Below are positions 25,263-37,420 of a stretch of 64,000 nucleotides of DNA, one piece after another. Both the position numbers and the translations under genes were made by a program. The notes beneath the pieces were generated by a model. It did not search any database. It saw only the letters and a program-made list of their open reading frames with translations, and had not been told where the DNA came from. The DNA comes from Iphione sp. A-MEVVRFRX5 (lineage: Eukaryota), in assembly GCA_976226885.1 (NCBI GenBank), contig OZ320313.1, forward strand, positions 32,116,001-32,180,000, read 5' to 3'. The number at the start of each line of letters is the position of its first letter. Position 1 is the first letter of the stretch.

Positions 25263-27189
25263 ACTGTATAAACCAGTTATGTGTCAAATGCTTGTACTAG
25301 TCATATAATTGACTCTATTACATTCATTTTGTCCGTTAAAATCAGTGTTATATTTGTGTGTTGTATTATTGTCTTTGTTCTTATACATATCCAAGTATAT
25401 GAATACAGGAAGACAATCGGCACAGTTAGAACCGTTTGATTATAGTAGAACAGTAGTTTATTTGTAGTCGTGTATACTTTATGTAGACATGATAGTACAA
25501 CTCACTTGTAATGGTACTGCGTTTATGTTTTATTAACTAAATCATCTTTAAACTTTTGAAGCTGTATTACATGACATGAGTTGCTCATGTATTTTTATAA
25601 GCACAAAAAGTGTGTAACACTAGGTTCAAATGAACAACTATTTACAATACAAAAAATATTAGTTTCTTACTGATATATTCTAGTCGAGCGATATTTTGCA
25701 AGAACTGAACTGTCCTTACATAGTATTTGACTGTCATTGACATAATCGGAAATAATATAAATGTACATGAACATACGATTTTGCATAAACATTAAATACT
25801 GAATATATATTCAGAGATCATCTAATTCCCAATCGGCTGTGTTGTGTTGGTAGGCACTGTTAATGTCGCAATTGACAATATCACTTGTTTGGCCTATAGC
25901 GATAGTGTCTTAAAAATGATACAACAAACTGATTTACTTGACTCATTATTTGAATAAAATTAGATTCCTCATAAGACCGTTATTATAGTTATTTTATTCT
26001 CTGAATGGTTTAGAGTAGACTAGCAGTCGTAATACAAAATCCAAACAACATATTAGATTAGTTTCTTTCAGTAGAAAATTGGTACGCTTCTCACAATAAG
26101 TTTGTATTTTAACACATGTTTTAAGATGTCTGATATAATCAGTTTATAAAATTGACGGATACATAACTATAGTATATAAAGTTTTTAGACATTCACTACA
26201 ACTTGCCTTTTAAAACATTAAGATAAATTCGATGGTCGTTAGGTTGTAACCATTTATAGATACGTACTAAATTATTTGAATTTGTACAACTACAACTTTC
26301 GAACAAAGTACAAACATTCACCCTACATATGTTGTATAAAACTGTCTGACTTGTACGGATGTAACTATTAAATAAAGAGAAAACTTCAACCTATTGTGTT
26401 CTGTCTACCTAAGTTGTATTTACTATAACAAAAATTAAAGCAATTCCTATGGATTAAATAATCTGAATTTAACTAACATATTTACTGTGTTTTGTAATCA
26501 ATAACACATTCGGATATTGAATTATCACAACTTATTTTTAATGATTGATTTTAATCAGTTTTTACTATTTCCTACACAATTCCAAAAGTTTTTCCAAGTT
26601 AAGTTATATGCCATTGTCTTGCCACATTTCAGAACAACTAGTACTACTGCCAGGTTCCATACTTATTGCTGATTAACCGTTATTCAATATAATTTCATGG
26701 GCACCAATTCATTAGACTTTTCTACAAATAAACCGTATCAAGCTAGTATTTCTGTTTGAAAAATACGTTGAAAACATACCAACTTATAAGAACTCAAAAT
26801 GTTTAGTATTTTCAACTTCACCGCCTAATACGTACTACTTTTATCCGTGTTCATTATTAGCTAAGCATGTAAAGCTATTTCACAAATTAGTGAAACACGT
26901 GGCCAACACAGTTCACTTGCAATCTTATCTCCTCACTTGTGCGCAACACATCCGTTTAAACTTAACGTAACTGCATACACCATCATACCATCGGTCTGTT
27001 CCGTATGGTCAGTCTGAAACTTCTTCTACAAACACATATTAACGCCTTCTGCACACAATAAAACCGAACACCATTCTCTGGTCACCCAACCTCCTGTTCT
27101 TATCAGTTCAGTTGTAAACTTAGCGTCTCAGTATACACCAGCGTAGGGATGTACCATTTCTTTGTTTCTTGTATGAATATTCTATAAAC

Positions 27190-27730
27190 ACAGCGACATC
27201 TCTTATCTTGTCAATGAACTACACTCGGCCGGTCAGTCACCACACCGCCTACGTCCCGGCAGGCACACCATGTCCTGTCACACTGTCGTTTGGGCGTATT
27301 CTGCAAACACGACGCGTCACTTATCTTCTGAGCGAACTACACTCGGTCAGCCAATCACAACTCCGTCTGCGTCCCAGCAGACGTGCCACGTTCTATCACA
27401 TTGCCACTTGTGCATATTTATTACACTACCCATAAAAAACGGTGGCCGAAAGTAGTCCGGTCATGGTGGCTGACATATGTGGCCCTGCGGTTTTACGAGA
27501 ATTAGTATCAATACGCCTGTGTCCACTCAGGCAGAACGGAAGGCTGTAAAATACTATCCCTCCGCCTGATAAGGCAGGCGCCGTAGGCGCTTGTCTACAA
27601 ACACAACGACATCACTTATCTTCTCGACGAACTACTCTCGGTCGGCCAATCACCACTGCGCTCGCATCCCGGCAGGCATACAACGTTCTGTCAGACTGTC
27701 GCTAGTGATGGCTCTACCTATATAAACTCT
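27190..27730 (+). promoter_or_regulatory. CpG-rich promoter island for gene C with a triplicated about 95-bp module
   Basis: Three degenerate copies of cttatctt...gaactac(a/t)ctcggtc(a/g)gccaatcac...cgtccc(g/a)gcag (about 27195, 27315, 27610). CCAAT at 27351 and 27646, TATATAAA at 27719, ATG at 27843. Confidence 0.55.
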
Positions 27731-27842
27731 TTCGGCTGGAAACACACTTCTTTCATCCACCGTTCGCCATCGCAGTTCACTTGAATTAACTGAAATATTG
27801 GACCCACAGTTTTTCACCGGAGGTTCCTCAAAAACTGGGAAA

Positions 27843-30080
27843 ATGAACCAACATTTCCTCAAACTAGAATCTCTACAAACTCACTCCAAAGGTAAGATTA
27901 TAAATGCTGAGGCAACAAGATTTTTATTAATTTAGCGTACTTAAATATTATAACAAATTGTACAGTGTACTTTTACGAAACCCCAGCTCATAACTGAACT
28001 AGCTACATATTTCACAATATTTAACGTGTACATCCACACAAATTGTACACTACTTCTCGTGAACAAACCTAATCAGCAAGCACCTAGGAACTGCTCCACC
28101 GACATTTACCTTTGATGTGAACCTTACATAACTAGACACTATTAATACATCAATTAGTGACAAATTCAGTTCATGACAATATGAAGTTAACCACACTTTC
28201 ACTCTCTACTATGACCGCGACATTCATTCACTTGTTCCTGGAAAAACATCAATTTTTCCTAAGAAGTTTACGTCGTTTTTCTCAACTAAAACGGAACCAT
28301 TACTTGAACATCGAATACGTATTAACGCATACTGATTACATCTACTATATAAAACTATAAACTTAAAATAATCCGGTAGTTAGCAAATCTCACCCAGATG
28401 TAAAAATTTACGAAATTTTCTATTACTATACTTTTGTATGTGCAGTCATTCATAACCGAGAGCGGGCGTTCTGTATTCGAGCTTAGAACCACCAGTCCCG
28501 GCCGTGCGACTTCTCACATGCCTACATATGTCTGTTCTTCACATTTACTGACGAAATCTTACAAACCTCGGTACCAAAGCCAAAAACCGAACGGTTTCTT
28601 GAAATGCAGGCAAATAAGTCTACGTTAATATGTACAGGAACAAACATTTGAACTTCTTTTTAACACCATTCTTCATTTTCCATTGTAGAACCAGATAGTT
28701 TCTCTGACACCGACCACGAAGCCACCGACCACGGTTTCTTGACGCACCAAACTTTCCAACACCAAAGCGACAGTCAGCGTATCTATCGCCAGAGCAACAA
28801 CAACGACAACGTCCGCAACCAAAGCATACACCCCAGTTCATCTGACATGGACAAGGACACCGACTACCGCGTTGTGAGACGCGAAACTTTCCGGCACCAA
28901 AACGACCGCGAACGCATTCATCGCCATAGCAACAACAACGACGAAATTCAACACCGAAACATCCGACATCAAAACCACCATAACAACAACAGTAAGTTTC
29001 AACAAACTAAGTAACAAAAGTTTCATTCAGAACCTATAGGCACACGTTGTTTTCGCGAAAAACCTATTACAAACATCAAAAAATGTTTCTTAATTCTACT
29101 GTTGTAAAAGTCTAACAACTTCTCAGAATACAAGTTATCTACTACAAAAACTAAATATTTTAAAGAATTTAATATGATTAGTTTGCCACAACTTTTAGAA
29201 CAAAAACGCCTATGGATATTGTTAATATGCAGTTCAAAATTCTACTTCTGTCAACCTTTACATTATCCACAGTACTTCATAATTTATAATACCTAATGTC
29301 TACTTGCTCTACTGCAGATGATTACGAGCTAGACGGAAACAACTCGCGTCAAAACCAACATGTTCATGCTGTCGACAACAACATACAGAACCAACCCAAA
29401 AACAAACATAGTAAGTATAAACAATCCTGCAACACAGTTCCAACACTTGCACAATGATATAGCTTCACTTTCGTTATACGTTGCTGAAACCTAATCTTGC
29501 TCTATTATTTTGTAACGTGGTTTTCTACATAAATGAAACCTCATGTATTTTTACACAACACATTTTTTTACAGAAACAAAGTGAACAAGAACTAGTTAGT
29601 ATAAACTCACAAAAGTTGTTATATTTTACAGATTGTTGCGGCCGACAAGACAACCAACTCTACAAGCACATTAGTGAACACATACATATGATGAACACGC
29701 GTGTCAATGAACAAGATAAAACTCTGGATAAAATACATCGCAAACTAGAACAGCAACAGGAACGAAACCGTGGCTTAGCCTTCAAACTACAAACAACGGA
29801 ACAATCTGCGCGCGTACTGGCACGAGAGAACAAGCGGCTTCAAGTACGACTCGACCTGTGGACTCGACACTTGCAGTCAGAACAACGGTTCAGACGGCAG
29901 TGGAGACAAAAAACGATAAGGACTGTGCAGAATGTTTTCGCAGAGAAAGAACAACATATTAACCATCTTCAACTCAAAACTGATGCGTTACGGCAGAGAG
30001 AACATGCTCGAAACAAACAGATTTTGCGTATGCAACTACAAATTATGGATCTTGTTCATCGTACAGAACAAAATGTTTAG
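27843..30080 (+). CDS. Spliced gene C, about 297 aa, His/Gln/Asn-rich N-half and long C-terminal coiled coil
   Basis: Exons 27843-27891 (GTAAG), 28689-28991 (303 nt, GTAAGT), 29318-29410 (93 nt, GTAAGT) and 29632-30080 (ttttacAG) join in frame with no stops, uniting ORFs 28739-29014 and 29481-30080. Confidence 0.8.
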
Positions 30081-33000
30081 ACCCAAAGAAATTTCGAGAC
30101 GGTAAGAACATCAAACATTCGACCTTTCCCTCAAGACTAATTACCTTTCATTGTATACATTATACATACAGTATCATATAACGTGAAGTAACCTATTACT
30201 TTTGTACACTTCCACCAGTAGTACAATTCCACCCAAAGTACCTTTTAGACGGCTATTGGAACATAATCCGTCAACAATATTGAAACGTTTGAGTTCATGT
30301 GCAATGAAGCTTTCGTGAAATATTCTGCCTACATTTCAGTCGGAATAAGTAAACAATGTTTCACTTTCACATATACTTAATTGATCAAACAAAATAATCA
30401 CATGTTACATCTTATTTTGGTAACACAGGTAATTGTTACAGCCTTATTTGACTGAACTGTGCTTGATTGTACAACAAGTAGTTCATGTGAAACAACTCAA
30501 TTAGTAACATATCACAACATTGTGACACTTTTTAAGATTAAATGCAACGATTTTTTTTTGTATTTCTTGAACCAATTTTTATAGTTGTAGCACAATTGGT
30601 TTTGTTTTAGCATCCACAACTTAAAATGTTACGTATCAACATTATACGGCTACGGCTATTAGTTTAATTACAACTCTTTGCGCACAAGTAGTAACTACGC
30701 AATATAGTTGCAGTTCATCTCGTTTATTAGTTTTACATTAACTACTTTTGCAATATACTCAACGAATTCATATGTAACTATAATACTACTTGGTAGATGG
30801 ATCCGAAAAAACCACGGAGTATGAAACTATCTGCTATGTAGTTAAACCTATTCACACAGTATCATCGAATGGTTTTATATATCTTTTGTATCAAAACACT
30901 AATTAGTAACTCATAATATAGTCATATGATATACCTTGTACGTTATCCATCGCTTAGTCTTTTAGTGATTGCTTTTCTTTTTTAGAACGTATAGACAACT
31001 TGAACTTGTCCTGTTGCACTTCATATTCTTTACATATAACGAGCGTTTACTAGTTTGAAGTAGAAAATAGTGCATATTAGAACACTTCCTTGTATTGCTG
31101 AAGTTGTTTTGTATCAATAAACAAATAAAAACAATTTGTAGTTGGACCTCTTGTATTTATTACCAAACAATTTGGTTGAAATGTCTTCAGACTACGATTT
31201 AGAAACTCCAAAACATTATCTCCTTTGTGAAATACAATAATATGTAATGAATACGGTTCAGACTTAACTACTACTTGATCCATTCTATATGTAATCTATT
31301 GTGCATTTAGAAATTTACAAATCTCATAATGCTAAACTCGACACTTTAATTCAGCAATGATTATGACATTCACCTTTTTGGTAAGACTGTACATGCTTCT
31401 ACACCGGTATGACTTGGGTAGCTAACTATTATTGAATGTAAGGATTTATTTTCCTAAAAAACTACATTTTCATATCTTTGGCAATTCTATCACCTACAAC
31501 GGCTTTCAGTATACTCTTTTTATCGAAATCGCTTACCATTTGCTATATTGCTGTATTTTTTAAAAAATTACTTTACTACTTTCATACTAAGATTTCTTGC
31601 ACTGAGTACCTATGTCCACAAACGACATACAATCTAAAACTGTCGAATATTTCTTTAATTCCGATTTAATCGAAAATGAAAGACTGTTGTATATATCAAA
31701 GTTCCCTATTACTCCCACTTTAACGCTGTCACTATGTCGCAAAAAACGTGTAACCGGGACACTAAAATATGCGAACACAGAATTTTGTGCTTGGAAATAA
31801 ATAATATGAATAGAATGTTGCCGAAGCAAGCATCATGAGCACGGGGTGTCACGAGGTCTTTACGCTCAATCACTGCATATGTGTGTATATGTAGACCGAC
31901 CGAACAGTAAATAGTAACTTCACCCAACTACTTGTTCGCCCGGCCCGACATACGCACGGTAGCAGCGGCAGCGCCACCGAAAAAAATGCAAAACTAGGTG
32001 AGTGTTAAAACGAAATATAAGAGAAGTAAGACAATGACAAATAACTATTATGCGGCAAAAGTAGTAAAGGGAGCAGCGGCAGTAACCTACTGGTAAACTA
32101 CATCGCTGCGACTTCTCAATGTCCCTGGAGAAAGACAACCCCTCCTCTTCAGCCAGTACTAGACCACATCACCGCTACGTGGATATCAACTAACACCTAG
32201 CCTGCACAACATAGAGTGCGTATGGCATAGCCATCCGCACAAAAGTATACGACTTGTGCCACTTAGAACCAAGCTTGTCAATTTTGACAGCTTACAAAAC
32301 ACCAGAGGAAGTTTACCAAACAAATACAGGTGAAATTATTCAAACTACGAGCACAATACGGCAGCAAAGAAATCACAACTGAACATCTCTTCTGAGCAAA
32401 CATTCGTTTGACAAAAACGGGACCGGCATTAGGTTTTTCTGTTGTTTCCAAATTTTCCTAATTAAATTACCTCTGCCACCGGATGCATAGACGGCCGGCG
32501 ACCAAGCCGCCGCCGCAGCTTACCCATACGCCTACTGCGAAAGCACCTGCCGCCGGCGCTGCCGGACAAACAGGCAACTCGGCTGCCCCGTATACCTACC
32601 GCGACAGCACCTTTCGCCGCCGCCGACATCGTCACCGTGCTAACAAGCGGCCAACGAATCCACCTATATTCACTAACACTCTTCGTCCGGCTCTTGCCAC
32701 CGTCAGCGGCTGTCAATCATACTACTACCAAAGAAGGAAGGTGAAGGGAAGAGACCAAGGTGCCTGAATACCGATTCACCCAAAATTAAAAATCACCCAT
32801 AACGCTTCACCCACATAGCTGTCAAGCTGTTGCTACTGTTGTGTATAATCACGGTTGTTGGGTCGCCTATTTTTACGCTAGTATCACTGATCTTTGCACC
32901 AACAATGCTTAAGTCAAGTTAACAGAAGACGACCGCTGGTAAAACAATATACTCTTTATAATACTTTTTCAAAGTCTTACAGTATATGTTCAAATGACAA

Positions 33001-34583
33001 AACCTTCTGAGAAGAGCACAGAGCACACATATCTTATTTTGTAAACCCAAGAAAACACTGCTTAATAGAACTACTTTCAGCCTACTTCCGGCAGCCGTTT
33101 TAAAAGAGATAGGGTAACTGAACTTTAGTTCTTGTAATTTATATTAAGGCTCTTTATTTGTAATAACACTACCTTATCACTCGGTTCACTCAAATCTCGT
33201 AAACAAAAGCATTAAGAACTACATGCTTGTTTTAAAACTCCTAATACAATACTTGTATAAGTATTTACTATTTTGTGCAATTACAGTAACATTAAGTTTC
33301 ATCTTTCGCTTAACTATTAAATCTGCGAAATATATACTTAATTTCGTACAACACTAAACTGCTAATTATTGACTGTTTACATTCATACTATCTATTAATA
33401 ATTCAGCACTTTAACAGTTGTCACTTAAACAGTAACAAATTCGCCAAAATGTATATCTTAAAATATTGTTTTCGCTTTTTTTGATATATATTTTTTACAT
33501 TATCCTTAACAAAAGTAAACTACTATATAGTAAACATCAATACTTCAAGTAACACAAAAGTTGATTGAAAACTTTTATTCATAAACTTTCAAAAGTAGTC
33601 TACTTGAACTTATAAACTAAAAACTTAAACACTAAACCATGATACAACCGGCGATACATACGTAATCGAATGTTAAACAGACTGATATACCAACTCAAAC
33701 ACCACTGATTGCTTTCATATCAAGTTTTACATAATTCTAAATGAAGTAAACTCCAGCTGAACACTTCATTATACTACACATCCTTTTCAGTACCACAATA
33801 TTTCCATTACCACTGTCCATATAACTAGTACATGTTCTTGCATAAACACTCGTACCAATTTTGTATCTATGTAATACAATGTATCACACACAGCCACACT
33901 TGTGCACAATCCTTGGTGGATATTAGTATGTTACTTAGATGCACACTTGTTTCAGCAGTTATACTACTGTTCGTTGAGCCTCTATGTTGTAAAACACCTT
34001 ACAACTCCTACTAAAATACACAACTCTAAACACTCACTACTAAACACTCACTCTAAATAACCATAATACAAAACTGTTACATAGTACATAACTTTACCTA
34101 AAACGCTATTATGTCAACAACATTATATATAGTTTCTTAACATATTACCACTTGTTCTCATTAATTTTTGTTTAATTGTGTTCTATTTATTTTCGACCTA
34201 CGCTACACACCCAAATTAGGTGGATGTTCTTTATTCTCCAAAAATTATACAAAGATAAACTTTAAAACAAATTGACTTATGCCACACTCATATCACTTGT
34301 CGCTAAAAAGTCTAATACACTTACAGGCTAAACATATGTAATCTAACTAAACTTTGTTACTTCTAATTGTAATCATAAACTCCCACCTTAAAGCTGCTAT
34401 AACCTTTTTGGTTAACTGTTCGTCTAAACCTTATACTTTCCACTAATACAAACACATTTTCATATGAACTGGTATACACAACAACCTGCTTTGCATCCCC
34501 ACTTCGACGTCCTGACATCGGTGTAAACTGCGTTACAAACAAATACAAACCAAACTGTATTATCAACACTTTACACAGTTATC

Positions 34584-36751
34584 TTACTTCTTTTTACTTT
34601 TCTTGCCTGGTGTCGCAATTTGTTGCTCTGAAGTTTTTTCACATGCCTGCCGTTTTGAAGTAGTTCCACGCACGTTGCTTTCCGAACAGCTACTACTTCC
34701 ATCAACTGAAGACAACATCTGTGAGCTATCACTCGCACCCGCAGTAACCACTTCGGCACTCTTTACATGAACATCACTAGGAACCTTAAGCGATATATTT
34801 CTAAGCTGTTCTCCCTCGATTTGCCCATCCAGATAGAACGGAAGATACGGAATAATGTCGTTGTCTGTTGTCAATGGCGCTTGAAGAGCATCCCGCAATT
34901 CGCTTTTCAACACCCATAAGTATTTGCGAATATTTACGACATCACACGACAACCTCCAACTGTCTTCTGTTTCTTTCCCAATTCCATCAATTTTAATCGC
35001 AGCCGATGCTCCACATTCTCCGCCTGTCATCAACTGTACAAATAAAGAAACACAATATGATTACACTACCTATATAAAATGTTCCCTAAAAGTAGTCCAG
35101 TCATGGAGGCTGACATATATGGCCCTACTTTCTACAATCATAGTCAATATTCCTACACCCCTCTGTTCAGTCAAGAAAAACCGAGGGTTGTAGACTTGCA
35201 TGAGGGGTCACAAAACAACGCACTATCTTACAATTCTCTCTCTCTCTCTTTCTCTTTCACTCCTCTCTATCTCTCTCTTGTTGTGTATAAAATACAATTC
35301 TCCATTTCTACGACTTCGCACAACCACTTAGTTAACTTTTATCACATCAAAACTAAAACAAAAACACAAATGCAACCAAATACATCTACTCACATATCTG
35401 AAACCTATGTATTTTGTAGATCTTGTCTAAACTATTTACCTTATATCTTTAAACTAACCAATTCAATACATTGTTTTTACTCGAACAACACCTCATCTGA
35501 ACACTAACAATGTGTTTCTAAAAAACCTTACCTGTATTTCATCTGGATGGTTCACTGTAGCTTCGAAACTTTCTGAGTAACTGTTGTACTTGTAGACAAC
35601 ATTCCGAAAACGGTACATCCTACCAACTTCAAACGTCATAGTCGCAGCTGCTCCCCACACACTGACACCAATGGTCTCTTTGCCATCAGTTATTGTCAAC
35701 TCCCGGATATATTTTTGGCCTCTTGTTGTTGAAACAGTCCTTAACTGCGCAACCTTTTGAATAAACAACAACAGAACATTAACATTGATATTACTAAGTT
35801 TTCTCTCACTTGTAGTTAAATCCACATATAATACAGCAACAGATCGCACAACTTATTTTGATACTAAAAAGTTCTTTACACATCGCTTAAACTGTCTTTA
35901 CGCTGATAGTAATTGAAACTTCTTCAACTAAAAAATAGTGCCAGCAGATTAATACAAAAAACATCTTCCATGTACAAACTTACATTCAATAAGTTTCCCG
36001 AAAAGGATACGGTTTCAGTATCCGATAACTTCATCACCTCCGATACAGTCTTCATAGGCACACCAGTAGTGTTGTCACTCTTGAACAAATCAATAGCATT
36101 GACTTCTTGTTCATTCGATATTTCCAATGGAGTAGCTCTGAAACATAATATCAACACCATGAAACTTATTACTTTTAACATAGCACTTTATACAATTCAG
36201 GAAGGAATTTGTAACCAATGCGACAATATCAAAACCCAACTACAAAACCACTGAAACTTTTACTATTCCGATTAATAAATGCGTCACTTCACAAACATGT
36301 CCACTAGTTTACAACCAAAACATTCCTATCAAATTACTATGAGTTATATTGCATCCACGTTATTCAATTAACGATACCAAAGTTTTCCGACAAAAACGAA
36401 ACAGACAAAACCTATTGCAACTTACTTTGAAATTGTAGTGCCTTTGAGGATTTTCACTTCACCACATTTTACGGCAAAGTCTTTCAGAATAACGGTTTGT
36501 CCTTCTTCGAAGTCCACCTTCACGTAGGCATGTCCGCACACGACACCGCTACCATCAGCCAAGACAAACTTTCGTCGAAGAATAGAAACCGAGTTCTTGT
36601 CTGGCCCAAAGGCCAGCTCGCCTCTGTCTTCTTCCAATTTCACAACAACGCACGTCAATTCTTGTGGAACGTTCCAAACATCGTTCAAATCCGCAATTGC
36701 AATTGTTCTTTGCATTGCTTTAACTGGTGAACGTGCAGCCGCAAAAGCCAT
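34584..36751 (-). CDS. 4-exon OB-fold ssDNA-binding protein (RPA70-like), about 383 aa
   Basis: Exons 36751-36426 (GTAAGT, phase 2), 36137-35984 (GTAAGT, phase 0), 35753-35532 (GTAAGG, phase 0) and 35033-34584 join in frame (1152 nt). OB signatures: RRKFVLADGSGVVCGHAY...FEEGQTVILKDFAVK and VSFSGNLLN|VAQLRTVSTTRGQKYIRELTITDGKETIGVSVWG...FEVGRMYRFRNVVYK. Basic C-terminal tail PGKKSKKK (NLS-like). Confidence 0.85.
35061..35126 (+). repeat. About 66-bp dispersed homolog of 27421-27486, inside intron 3 of the OB-fold gene
   Basis: ttacactacc...aaagtagtcc(a/g)gtcatgg(a/t)ggctgacatat(a/g)tggccct occurs at both sites. Confidence 0.8.
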
Positions 36752-36843
36752 CTTCCAAACTGTCAACGTACTGACTAGAATTACCCGCCAGTAGCAGATT
36801 TTGAGCACGTTAACACTGAACTAATCCATTCGGAAAGATCTAC

Positions 36844-37090
36844 TTATATAAGGCCACACTTGATAAGCTAATAGCAGCTTACTGACCAATAGAAGCACTC
36901 TGTTTTTCGAACATCTGCCTCGCTCGTGATTGGTTGACCTGGGAATGATGTCATTTACTTAATATATGCAAGCAACATTGCGACGGCACCAGGTTGTTCA
37001 ACTCGGTACTCCCCATTAGTATTCAAACCACACCTCCTAAACCAATAGCAGTACTGCCCAACTAACAGCTGATTCTGATTGGTTGATGTA
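36844..37090 (-). promoter_or_regulatory. Promoter of the OB-fold gene
   Basis: TTATATAA at 36844-36851, about 95 bp upstream of ATG 36751. CCAAT/ATTGG boxes at about 36886, 36929, 37042 and 37078. Confidence 0.55.
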
Positions 37091-37420
37091 CTAAATAACC
37101 TTATTCAATGAGGTAACTTCAATCCTACATTAACACATGCACTTGTATTTTATTCATGTATATACGTTTCTAACTGCTACTATTGAACCATTCTTCCGCC
37201 ATACAACTCATTGTTCATGATGACAACCAAACAACACACTGTATACAATATGGTTTTTACAAACGCACACTGTAGCGAACTCCTAATTTGATGTTGTTCA
37301 ACCAAATTCATTGAAAAACAGAATGTACCACAACTACATCAAACACAAATGCCATTTGTTTACTACGACCACTACAATGTTTCTCATCACATGAACACCA
37401 AAATATACTGTTTATGTTTA

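Noticed and set aside
26986-27010. Imperfect hairpin near the start of the skewed block as Helentron 3' end
   Set aside because: The stem is short and bulged, with no matching subterminal repeat found. It cannot be supported without multi-copy alignment.
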